A stretch of DNA of 60,282 nt, the filler included, from Rhizaria sp. SCN 62-66 (Eukaryota): assembly GCA_001724265.1 (NCBI GenBank). It is 6 parts of 6 records of this genome, joined end to end, with 100 filler letters (N's around TTAATTAATTAA, not from the genome) between each part and the next. Parts side by side here need not be neighbours in the genome. Positions count along the whole stretch, not along the records: positions 40,794 to 48,930 come from MEDY01000590.1; positions 49,031 to 60,282 come from MEDY01000591.1; 4 more parts are not named here. One strand, given 5' to 3'. This document shows positions 46,663 through 57,808 of this stretch, piece by piece. Numbering within the stretch: the stretch's first letter is position 1; each line of letters begins with the position of its first letter. The position numbers were made by a program, and so were the translations under genes. The notes beneath the pieces are model-generated. The model was not told the origin of the DNA and ran no database searches. It was given only the letters and a program-made list of their open reading frames with translations.

Positions 46663-48116
46663 ATGGTACGTATTTTTGCATAGATCTTATTGTTGGCTAT
46701 TCGATCAGTTTCCCACACTTGCTGCAACGGATGTTTTGTGCTTCCAATTGTGCTTGGATCTCGTCCTCTCGCCCAGCCCACCACATGTAGACCTTCTCGC
46801 TCCCCGCCCACGATCTACGCCCATCTACCGCTCGCTCTTGCTCTGCTGTTGTGCTTACCGATTACTTTATGTGCTTTTATACCCTTCCGTGCAGTCCTCC
46901 CGTTACGACACCCGCACGACGATCTTCTCCCGAGAGGGTACGTACCAAGTCTCAACGCTCTCGATTGGCTCTCATCCAATAAGAGGGCCTAGACAGCACT
47001 CGATCTTTTCCATATCTTACTCACCGACGCTGCAGTTGCTAGATACCTTTTATTTCTTTTTGAAATACCCTTTCATATTTGGACTGCACCTCAAAACCTT
47101 CTCCATCCCAACCTTATTCGCCCTGACCTTCCCTCCTCTCATGTCGACTTCCCTCCGCTGTCTGCCGCCACCACAGGTCGTCTCTACCAGATCGAATATG
47201 CGATCGAGGCCATCTCCAAGGCCGGTCCCGCCCTCGGCATCATGGCGTCCGACGGCGTCGTCCTCGCCGCCGGCAAGCGCGTCGGCTCCGCCCTCCTCGA
47301 CATCCGTTCTGCCACCGAGCGTCTCTACACCATCGACGCCAACATGGCGTGCGCCGTCGCGGGCATCACCTCGGACGCGCACACGCTTATTGACACCGCG
47401 CGCACCGAGGCGCAGCGCTATCTGTGCACCTACCAGGAGCAGCCCCCTGTGGAGCACATCGTCACGAAGCTCTGCAACCTCAAGCACTCGTACACTCAGT
47501 TTGGCGGCCTGCGTCCGTTCGGCGCGTCGTTCCTCATCGCCGGGTGGGACCGCGAGCTGGGCTTTCAGCTCTACCACACCGATCCTTCCGGCAACTTCTC
47601 TGGCTGGAAGGCCAAGCCCATGGGCGCCAACTCTGACAAGGCTCAGGTCCGTTCTCAACACTCTCTCCACACACGCCACGAGCTTCGTGGCTTTCTATAA
47701 CGCGTTGAAGAAACAATACCTGCATATGTATTATCGTGTTTTCTAGCTCTGCTTTGAAATACTATTCTAGATCTCATTTATCTTGGCTCACAATCCCATA
47801 TCTTGACAAACTTTTGTCGTTTGTTTATTTGTTTGTTCCTGCTTAGGCTGTGCTCGCCGAGGCGATCAAGGAGGACGCCGCCCCTGCGCTGCCGACGCTC
47901 TCCGTGGCGACTGAGGTCGCGGTCAAGGCGTTGACGAAGGCGATGGACGCGACGCTCACCACGGACAAGATCGAGATCGCGGTGCTGAGCGCGCGCGCGG
48001 ACGGCAAGGGCGCCGTGTACCGTGTGCTCTCGACGGAGGAGCTGACTGTGCTGCTGGAGAAGGTAAACAAGGAGATCGAGGAGGAAAAGGCCAAGGCCGG
48101 CGCTGGTGATATCTAA
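46663..48116 (+). CDS. PSMA4: 20S proteasome subunit alpha-3 (PSMA4/Pre9-like); exons 46663-46665, 46895-46937, 47177-47646, 47847-48116
   Basis: MSSRYDTRTTIFS.EGRLYQIEYA, YTQFGGLRPFGASFLIAGWD, GFQLYHTDPSGNFSGWKA. ATG-only first exon. Ends in TAA. Confidence 0.88.
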
Positions 48117-48671
48117 GAGAGAATGAACCCGGTGAGTCACTGTCGTGTCGAAGCTGTGTGATAAGCTTAAGGCTTAAGAATTTCTTAATCGGCAACACAG
48201 AGACACAACTCGATAGACAACGCAGACCGACAGAGTATGTAAACACGAAAAACGCTCGGTGAGTAAAGTTAATGGGCTATGATCCAATCAACGTCATTTG
48301 CTCTCAAACGGATTTGCAATGATGACTCGTTCGTCATGTCATCTCTTCTGTGTCACAACAAACTAAAAGATACGAGCTACAATGTAAGGCTTACAAAGAA
48401 TATGTGCGAATCAATACTTCAAAATAACAACACAAACAACAACACCATAAATAAACACTAAATAGTCTTTAATACCTCTCATCGAACATCCGTGCCATCC
48501 TGTGCGTGAAATGGTGGACAGGACTGATCGCACCACGCACTACACGACAACAACAACAAAAACCAAAAAAAAAAAACTTGTCGACTGCAGACCCTAACGC
48601 TTGAGCACAAAGGTGTGCCGCAAAAAAAAAAAGCAGTCAAGCTGCGGGGTGTGACCAAAAAAAAAAGAGAG

Positions 48672-48744
48672 AGTCCGCGGTGGGGATCGAACCCACAATC
48701 TCCTGCTTCGTAGGCAGACACCTTAACCATTGGGCTACGTAGAC
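48672..48744 (-). tRNA. tRNA-Arg(ACG)
   Basis: GTCTACG TA GCCCAATGGTTAAGGTG TCTGC CT-ACG-AA GCAGG AGATT GTGGG TTCGATC CCCAC CGCGGAC T, followed by a T-run Pol III terminator. One A-C mismatch in the acceptor stem. Confidence 0.92.
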
Positions 48745-48930
48745 TTATATGTGGGGACGCCAAAATTTTAAAATATATGGTAGTGTGTTCCAATAATGTT
48801 AACCTTGACTTTTATGAATGGAATCTGTACTCCTGATGTAGAGGTTTATGAAAAAACGTGTTTTCCGCGATTTTCGCGCCTTGGTGCGCACTTTTCTATT
48901 TCACTACGAGCGAAATAGTCCATCGTTATA

Positions 48931-49030
48931 NNNNNNNNNNNNNNNNNNNNNNNNNNNNNNNNNNNNNNNNNNNNTTAATTAATTAANNNNNNNNNNNNNN
49001 NNNNNNNNNNNNNNNNNNNNNNNNNNNNNN
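48931..49030. other. Artificial contig linker
   Basis: Same spacer. Confidence 0.98.
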
Positions 49031-52000
49031 AACAGTGCACGCAAATGGATTACGCAAGATTTCACAAGATTTCAACAAGATTTCAGTGACGTCACGAGGT
49101 TTGGGCCAATCATACGCGAGTGTTGTGGTGTGACAAATAGGACAGGAGTCACGCTTAATGTGGCCAACGCACCATTAAAGCATTGCATTTTTATTGCATG
49201 AACAGCAAGCGCAGCTCGAGCGGAACCGAACGACGGTACTTGGAACGCTACTTGACGTCAGGATCAGGTGCGGCGACGCTTGACACTCATCAAACTGTGC
49301 TCAATGGGCGCCACGTCTGGCAGCTCAAGCGCAGCCTCGCGCAACGACTCGAGCGCGCCATTCAACGCCTCCGCCGCCAGTGACTCGGTGCTACCATCAC
49401 CAAGGTCGTCGTCTCCCTCCTCCTGCACCTGGACGTCATCATCCTCTTCCTCGTTTGCCGCATCTTCTTGGCCCTTCTTTAGGTAATCGTTGTACGCGGT
49501 CATTTTTTCGCGCGCCTGCTCCGTTACCCACTCCAGGCAAACCGGACAGCCTGAGGATGCTGCGCACGCGGTATGCGCCGAATGGCGACAGGAAAACCGA
49601 GTGGTCTCGGCCCAGCTGGGCGAGTCGCACACCACACATGGAGCATCACCCGAAATCTCTCGCTGAGAATGGTGCGCACGATGTGTGAGTGTCGGTGTCG
49701 TCAGTTTCGTAGATTCATCATGCGTATCACGTACTTTTTGTTTGAATGCGTAGGCGGGCGGATGAAGTGTTCCCTTGGCGTCAATGTCGTGAGTCGGCCA
49801 TCGATATCCTGTCCTTGTGTTGTTCTTGGGGCTTCTAATGATGGTTGCGACCTGCTTGGCCTGGTACCGGCGGAGCATCTTGTCGAAGAGCGCGACCCAA
49901 TATTGGCCCGCGCGAATGCTCTGCGCAGTCAGGTTACTCACCTTGTTGCGCCTCGCCTCCTTACTTCCATAGATGGCCGCAAATGCTGAGGACGCCCGAT
50001 CCTGTGAGAGAAGGCATCCAGCCTGGCGGACGCTCTCGGCGGGGGACCAGTCGGTCGTGGCGCGGCGCATCCACGAGTGCACGTGCTCCACAGCGTACTC
50101 ATCGGCGCCCGCGAGGCCCGCTTCAAGTGACAGGTACACCGGGTGGAGAGGATGGGCGGGGTCACGCCACTCGGCCAGATGCGCCAGGAACGCTAACGGC
50201 AGTCGGACGTAGTTGCGTCGGCGCCAGGCGAGGAAGACGATCCACGATCTGCGCAATGCGTTAGAAGCGCTCTGTAAGGTATTGTCATTCTCGCGCGCCT
50301 CAAAACAAACTCCTCGTAGACAGCTAACTTGTTCGACCGCTGGACGTTGGCGTAGACGTTCAGGAATGTCGGCAACACTTCCTCCAACAGCCAGACGAGG
50401 GTGTCAACCTCCGCGTCAACAACGGTACGACACTTGCTAACAATTACGTCGCGAATCTCCCGCCATCCCACTAATGCGATCTCCAGAACGCAATGCATTC
50501 TGTGCGCGTGCGGTGCCTCGGGCAGGTCGCGCCCATCGACAGCGCGCCAGAATGGCTGCCACACCGGTAAGTACATCTGGTACGCGTCCTCGATTCCGTT
50601 AAGCGCCAGGTGCAGGGGCCCTAACATGGGAACGATGCGTTGCAGCCAGCACCGGTCCGCCTCCTTCGCGTTGTGCACAAGGTACGTACCATATTTTTGG
50701 CCCGGATTGTCTGCGGGCATGAGGACGATGTGGTCCTTCAAATGTGACAGCAAGGCGGGCGTTTTTGCGACAGTGGCGCGAAGCACGTTGAGGTAGTCGT
50801 CGTGTGATTTTAGAGGCATTTGTTGTACGTCCAACACAATAACCCCTTCCATAGCGCGCGACGGACTCACCTCGTACGTGTGCGTTTGCAGCCGCTCTTC
50901 GACAGTTACCCGTTGTTCTTCGACAATAAAAGTAGACAAAAGGCGCTGAAGCGTAGTAGTGGAAGAAGCATAAACGAAAGTGCTCTTCAGTCGCTCTTCG
51001 AATGGCCCCAAAGATAATTTTCCCGTAAAGCGAACCTCTGGAGGGATCGCGATGGCTGCCACTGATGGGACTGGCTTAATGCACACGGTCGCAAAGAATT
51101 TGCCGTCAGCCTTCAAGTTACGCCTTTGCTTTCTAGGAACAGAGGAAATGTTCATTGTGATTAATGTCAGGAAGGCCATTGCATAATTTGTATTGGAATG
51201 GAAAAAACAACAAAGTTACGCACACAATCCCATGGATCGCGGTATAATCGTCGATATAAAGGTTCATCATCACTCCCGCGTTGTCCCGGAGTGCACGATC
51301 AACCCAAGCAGGATGATTTTCCATACGCTCGTGCTGAAAACGCCGCAAGGTATCAATGGAAACTGTTGCTCCAATAGCATGCAGCATCTCCAAAGCGCGG
51401 TCGCTCACGCCGAAACGGTCGAGCGCGCTGGCGAGCTCCTTTTGGAAAGCATTGGCATGGCTTGACTGGCTGTACGCCAAGTGGTAAAGCGTGGCCAAAG
51501 TGCGCTGAGGCCTGCTCGTTTCAAATGTGGTAAAGAGGTCCGCAAGAAGAGGGTCCTTCCTCATCTCGGTTTTTAAAGAGTCTGGGTCTGTAAACAAGGC
51601 TGATTTGCGGAGAAAGTGGTAGAGGGCATTCAATCGTGCGCGTGTCTCGCTCAACCAATCTGCAAAAATAACAGCGAATGTTGTGAGACAAAAATGGATA
51701 TGTTATCATTAAATTGGCTAAAGCGCACCGGAAGAAGCGCGTGCGGGCGTCGCAACAGGGGGCGCGCTTCCAGCATCCGTCGTGAGAGCATCGCACGCTT
51801 TGCCGTCATCAACATCATCGTCTTCATCTTCACTGTCTTTAACGGGGCGCAACACCGTACGCCTCACCGATCGCGACAGAGTCTTGTAGTGCCTATCGCA
51901 CAAGTGCTTGGTTGGGCGTAGGTCCCACAGGGCAACTACCTCGAGCGGCCGCTTTTTAATGAAGGCAGACGTCAGCTCGCGCAGCACGCCACTGCATTCT

Positions 52001-52305
52001 TCGGATACGTCTCGAGCGCACAAACACTCTCCATTCTTTTCACCGGCGGTTCGCGGCATTGCTACCAGTAGCGTTCCGCTGCCCGACAATCTGAGCGATT
52101 TTGGCCGCTGAGCTCGAATCCGTGGCGACAACCTGTAAAATGCAGCTGCTGGGCGAGTTCGAGTATGCTATTCTGTTTAAGGCGTAATGATTGGCTCGCC
52201 GGGCGAATAACGCAAATTGATTGGTGATTACAAATTAGCTGTAATCTTGTGTAATCCCAGCGTAATCCATTTGCGTGCACTGTTAATCCATTTGCGTGCA
52301 CTGTT
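49031..52305 (-). mobile_element. TIR DNA transposon, about 3.25 kb
   Basis: Perfect 25-bp inverted repeat AACAGTGCACGCAAATGGATTACGC (49031-49055 and 52260-52284). The outer 21 bp are tandemly duplicated at 52285-52305. Subterminal (A/G)GATT(T/A)CA repeats occur at both ends, and the element encloses a single gene. Confidence 0.85.
49264..52059 (-). CDS. Putative transposase, 861 aa: N-terminal C/H zinc finger, acidic catalytic core, C-terminal RING-like finger; exons 52059-51729, 51659-51224, 51132-50299, 50248-49264
   Basis: Three introns (two GT-AG, one GC-AG) join four ORFs into one stop-free frame of 2586 nt. Motifs: CLC...C...LCDRHY, YIDDY, PADNPGQ, PMLGPLHLALN, RRRNY, VEHVHS, CVVC...CRHSAHTAC...CPVC. 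Confidence 0.75.
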
Positions 52306-52339
52306 GCTCGTTGACAATTCGTTGACGTCACGGTCGGTC

Positions 52340-53713
52340 ATGGAGGACGACCTGGATGCCGAGCTGGCGAATGTGGACGTTAGCAATGTGCAAATGAACC
52401 TGGACGACCTCGATCTCGACGAGACGCTTGGTCTCAGTCCGTCGACGTCGCGCGCGCCCATGCATTCGAGCACGCCTGCCGCCAAGCAGCCGGCGCAAGT
52501 CGAGCCTCGCGCGGCATCGCCCCTCGATCCGAATGCGCCGCCGCAGTCAGCGCAGGCCGCAGATCAGTCAGCGTCCTGGTGGGGTAACATCTGGACCGCC
52601 GCTTCGACGGTCGCCTCGACGGCCGCGTCCAATGCCGTCACTGCCGCGTTCGTCCTTGTCGCTTGTGTGGGAGATTGGCTAACCTTTGCGTGCGTGATGG
52701 CAGGTCGACGATCGCCGCTCAGAACCCCGAGCTGACGCATGCGCTCGACAATGCGCGCAAGAAGATCGAGAGCGGGTCCGAGCGGCTTCGCGAGCGCGTG
52801 GCCGATGTCGCCCGCACGACGGCGACGCGCACTCTGGACGGCGTCGAGAAGCTGCTCGACGTCATCGATCCCATCCAGCTCTCACAGTACGTCATGGGCA
52901 TCTTTTGTCGTCCAATAGTATTTTTCTAGTGTTGTAATAGGTCGAGTGCTCTTGTTTATTTATGAATGTGGTTTGTTAATTGGGCAAAATTGGTTCTTTT
53001 CATTCTTATTTCACGCCAAATTGCACCAATTCTTGGCTTCATTTTGTGCCTTTTCCTTTCGTTCCCGCCGCGTTCCCGCCACTTTCCATCCCATATTCTA
53101 ACCCTCTCTCCTCAGGGACGGCTCCGCCACCCTTTTCTCGTTTGAAGAGTGGGTCGGCGTCAAGGACGACCCCCGCGTCAAGATCCTCGTGTGCACGCTT
53201 GACCCTGCCTTTTTCGCCGCCGCCTCGCTCGCCTTTGAGCGCCTCCACGGCGACGGCTCCATCTACGTGCGCGGCCTCGCCTCCGACGCCGACGCCGACG
53301 CCGCCGTCTCCTCCTTTGCGCCGAGCCTCGCCGCCGCCGCGCAGTCCGCCTCTGAGCGCCTCGACCGCGTGCTCGCGCTCCCCGAGAGCCAGCGCCCGCC
53401 GGACGAGTTCATCATGGTGACCATGGTGCCCTTCCTCGCCGACATTGCGTCGCAAACCTACTTTGGCGTGGCGGCGATGCTGCACGACGTGCGGTGCAAG
53501 GTGCGCGTGTCGTCGTTCTCGCCGCTCGTGCAGGTCGAGCGGCACGCGCTGCCCGAGGCGCCGCGCACGTACGAGTGGTTCGCAGAGGCTGTCGACGGGC
53601 AGTTGAGCGTCGCAGAGGTGCTCGATGCCGCCATGCAGGCGCTGCTGGGGGCGTACTGGCACAAGCAGAGGCAGGCGGGGCTCGTCCAGGAGGAGGGAGA
53701 CTGGAAGGAGTAG
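52340..53713 (+). CDS. Hypothetical protein, three exons (about 52340-52648, 52704-52886, 53116-53713)
   Basis: Strong GC3 bias. GT-AG introns join MEDDLDAELAN..., STIAAQNPEL... and DGSATLFSFEEW...EGDWKE. Ends in TAG. Confidence 0.65.
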
Positions 53714-54001
53714 GTGTATAGTGTTTGTTTGTTTGTCAAGTGTACGCAGGTTTTGAGATCATTGTGGCGCTTTTAATATAATATTTGCCATCCAAACATG
53801 GGTCAAATAACGCACTTTTCTGATATATGATATACATCTGCAGCTGAAAATGGGCATTTTACACCATTGACTGCATTACCAACAAGAATATTTACGTTCA
53901 TTTCCATGTCAAATTTTCGCAAAAAGGGGCAATTCAGGCACAATTTACATTTCCGGTAAACAAGAATATACTACAGGGACTATTCAAAGGTAGATCACAG
54001 G

Positions 54002-54867
54002 CTAGTCGCCCGTGGACATGATGACCTGGCCGGGCTGCACCTCCTCCTTGACGACATTAAAGAAAGTGACCAGTACAAGCAAAATCATAATAATGGACAC
54101 TATAGCAATGGTGAGACCGAGTCAAATAAAGAGGCAAATAACGCACCGACAGAGTACTTGATAATGTCGAGCTTGCTGACCTCGATTTCCGTCTTGAGCT
54201 CGGACAGCTCCGCCTGCAGCTTGAAATTCGTCTCTGCGATCCCCCTCTCGTGCCTCTTGTGGTCGTCGCGCATCACAATCTTCATCGTATTCAACTCGAT
54301 ATTCATATTCGTCCTCAGCGTCGTCAGCGCCTCCTTGATCGCCTGGTCGACCGTGACGATCTCGCGCTCCAGCTGAGACAGCTCCGACTTTACACCCAAA
54401 AATTCGCTCTTTTCCTGCAGCCGAAGCTCGTTCCGGACGCTCTTTAGCTCTGCGTCGTAGAGGATTCGCGTGATCGCGTAGCTCGTTTGCGTGACAATCT
54501 CTTCATCAAGCTGCTGAGACCTGCCGCGGGGGTGAGTTGACCAGAAGGAGACAAGGAGGAGAGCGTACCGAACACGCAAATGATGCGCAATTGCTTTTGT
54601 TAATATTTCCGCTTGTGGCCGCGAAAAAGACTGTTCTAACCGCGTCTGCAGCTTGTGCGTGTCAAAAAGTCCCGGTCGGTAAATGTCAAACGACGCGGGC
54701 GCCTGCGACGGCTTGGGAATCGCGGCGGCCGTTCCAAGAGGCGGCATCGCGGCGCTCGCTTCCATCGGCGCCGCCTTCATGGTGAGCGAGCGCACAGAGC
54801 GCAGTATCGAGGTCCGGCACGGTTGTGAGAGGAGCATCCCGCACGGACGCCGCAGCCACTGGCGCAT
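54002..54867 (-). CDS. DUF1640 / CCDC90-MCUR1-Fmp32-like mitochondrial coiled-coil protein with two introns
   Basis: Arg-rich presequence, FDTHKL...FSRPQAE, coiled coil, IEVSKLDIIKYSV, then a TM last exon SIIMILLVLVTFF...TGD*(TAG). Confidence 0.8.
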
Positions 54868-55084
54868 TCCGCCGCTGGCACGCCGATTGATGATAACGTC
54901 GGCACGATGCAAACCAATGCAAACTGACCTGCAAAGTGGTGTGCAAAGTGGTGTGCAAACCGGCGATTCGTGGGATCTCTGCGTGCGCCCGGGACTGCCG
55001 ACGTGCGCAGCGCTCTTTTTCGCCCTATACGGCTTCTTGTACAGCGCAGGAGACTAACATACTTGCGTATGGTAGATATAGATA

Positions 55085-55943
55085 ATGTTTCGAGTATCAC
55101 AATTGAGAGCGGCATTCCGTGCTCCGACCGGTCGCCTCTTGGCCCCGCGTGTGCGGTCGGCCCGGCCAGAATCGTCAGCCGCCGGCGCGGTGAGCGACAG
55201 CGCAGATGATGCCGCGGCCGACACACAAGCGAGCAAGGAGGAAATTTCTGAATCGCCGGCGCCCTTGACGTCGGTTCAGACAGAAGCGCGCGTGCCGCTG
55301 TGGCTCAAGGCGCAGCAGGAGCAGCAGGCCGGGACGGTCGGCGCCGCCAAGCGCCGCTGGAAGGAGCTGCCGTCGGTCGATCAGGTGGTTCAGTTCCTGC
55401 GCGACGAGAACGCGCAGAATATTTGTGTATTGGATATTTCGCAGCGGTCGCCGATCGCGACGTACTTTGTGTTTGCCGGTGGTTACGTCAACCGCCACCT
55501 GCTCGCCATGGCCGAGCAGCTCGTCAAGGAGACAAAGCACTGCCCGTTGCCGCGCGACCTCATCGACGAGGTCGGGATAGAGGGCAAGGGGACGGACTGG
55601 ATGATCGTCGACCTCGGGGATATCGTCGTCCACTTTATGGCCGATGAGGTGCGGCATCTTTGGTTGGCAATTGGAAGCTAAATCGTGTTCAAATATCTTT
55701 ATACGTCTCCTTTTTCTATAATTTACTCTTTCTTTCTTTCTCTTTCTTTTTCTTTTCTGTTTTCCTTAGACGAGAGCCCACTTTAATATCGAGTCGCTAT
55801 GGACGGGGATGGATCTCGACGACTGGTTCAAGACCGGCAACCAGCGCCGGAATTCCGCCGAGCGCCCCGCGCCGCCGGCCTTTTACCAAGCTCCCAAGCC
55901 GCGCAATTCCTCCCCCTCGAACTCTGGCCGGCCCCGGCGCTGA
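55085..55943 (+). CDS. MALSU1: Mitochondrial RsfS/Iojap (MALSU1-like) ribosome silencing/assembly factor; exons 55085-55648 and 55770-55943
   Basis: AQNICVLD...YFVFA...RHL...IEG...DWMIVDLGDIVVHFM..ETRAHFNIESLW with a mitochondrial presequence. Ends in TGA. Confidence 0.85.
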
Positions 55944-56008
55944 TCCCACTCTGTACATGCACCAATACATAATACCCCCCCTTTCAATCATTTCCCGCCA
56001 AATCTGAT

Positions 56009-57322
56009 ATGGCACCACCACGTGGAGGGCAGCGGCGGGATCGGCCGCGCGCCGAGCGTGCACCGCTTGACCCGGAGGCGGCCCTGGAGGCCGCAGAGGA
56101 GCTTGAAGAGGGCATTAACCGCCATGTTGGCGCGCAGTCCATCCGCGCGGCGCAGCGCGCATCGGATGCCTATGCTGCCGTTGAGGCCATGCCGGCGGCA
56201 TCGCCCAAGGATCGGTGGACCGCCGTCGTCGGTCGGTTCGTCCATGCTCTTGCGCCATCCCTTTTCTAACTGTTTTCTTTTAGCGCGCGCTGCTGGCAGC
56301 ATATTGGCGACACGACGTCCGTTGCCGCCGAGAGCCTCTCCTCCCTTTCCCTTTCCCGTGATCTGTTTGCATCTGCGCTTTCGGCCGACGGCTCCGACTG
56401 GGACGTCTGGTACAATCACGGCCAGGTTTGTTCATCCCTCGCCGAAGCGCGCTCGCCAGACACTTCCGCACAGCTTTCTCTCTACCTCGAGTCGCTCTCG
56501 TCGCACCGCCGCTGCGATGCGCTCCTTCAGGTCCCGAACTCGCCCCTTGCCGAGCGCGTCGACTGCCTCGTCGCGGGCGGCCTGTCCGCATCCCACGCGT
56601 CGGTCCTTTCCGCCGCGCCGCAGTCGCACGAGCTGGCCTCGCTGAGCGACGAGCTTGTGTCTCTCGCCCTGTCGGCCGCGTCTGCGTGCGAGGACGCCTC
56701 GCGCGTTCCGACCGTGCAGCTCTCCTGGGCCGAATCGCTTCTCGTCCGCGCCGCCGCCGCCTCCCCCTCTGACGCACCGGCGCACTTCGAGCGCGCGCTT
56801 GAGCTTCAGTCGCTCGCGCTGCAGTCGCCCGACGTCGACCCCGTTTCGGCGCTGTGCGACCGCACCGACGCCTCGTACAACTATGCGACGCACTTGGCCT
56901 CTCCCGGCGACCCCTCCTCTGCGGTGCTCCCCCTCGAGCGTCGCCAGGCCCTCGCCGACGGCGCCCTTCGCGACATTTCGAACGCGATCCAGCTCAAGGA
57001 CGGCGACCCCGCGATGCTCTCCCGTCTCGGCGACGTGCATCTGCTGCGCTTCCACCTTGGCGGCGGCAATTTGGCACTCCACGAGGCCGAGCGCGCGTAC
57101 GTCCGCGCCATGTCGGTGCCATTCAAGCCGCTCAAGGACGCCGACACGCTGCACAACCTGGCGGCCACGTACGCGCTGGGCGGCGACGCTGAAAGATGTG
57201 TTGCCGCGCTCAGGGCGTGGGCAGAGGTGGCGAGCGAGCAGGACAGGGAGGAGATGAGGGCCGACGAGGATTTCGCGAGCGTCAGGGGGACGAGCGCGTT
57301 TAAAGAGATCGTGGGGGAATAG
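56009..57322 (+). CDS. TPR-like helical repeat protein (intron-containing)
   Basis: DASYNYA and DTLHNLAATYALGG...EEMRADEDFASVRG-type TPR C-terminal cap. Ends in TAG. Confidence 0.65.
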
Positions 57323-57808
57323 GGAAGGGTGTGTGTACATTACGGTAGAGAAGGAATAAGAGTCTTGTTTGGGTTAAAGGTATTGAGCACAGTACAAAAT
57401 GGGTCGAGCAAGGGCCTCTTGAATATGGCCTTAATATGAGGATATCGGCCTTAGGCGCAGGGCATGTCCATAATACACTCATTCTGGTCGTACTATGAAT
57501 ACCAGTATGCATATGATATGTATGTATGACATCATGGTATAGCCTGTTACTACGAAGTACAGAAACGAGCCACGAGCTGCCCCGCAGATGGTGCTCTTGT
57601 TACTCGTCACGTGGACGATCGCCCATTCGCTCAAACGGATTCGTCTCAACTCCTCATCAAGCAATCGGAGAGTCCATATTTAGTTTCGATCAACCTCAAG
57701 GTGTGTTGAGACACTTTGCAGGGGCTATTGCAGTGCTGCAGACATCGCGGGGGAACGGGGCGCGCTGTAAAGAGACTGGTTTCAGCGCCGATTTTGCGCG
57801 GAGCGAGC

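Noticed and set aside
48672-48744. tRNA checked as a possible UAG suppressor
   Set aside because: The anticodon is ACG (Arg), not CUA.
53711-57322. TAG read-through in contig 6 genes
   Set aside because: The sequence after each TAG loses codon bias and looks like 3' UTR, so TAG is a normal stop there.
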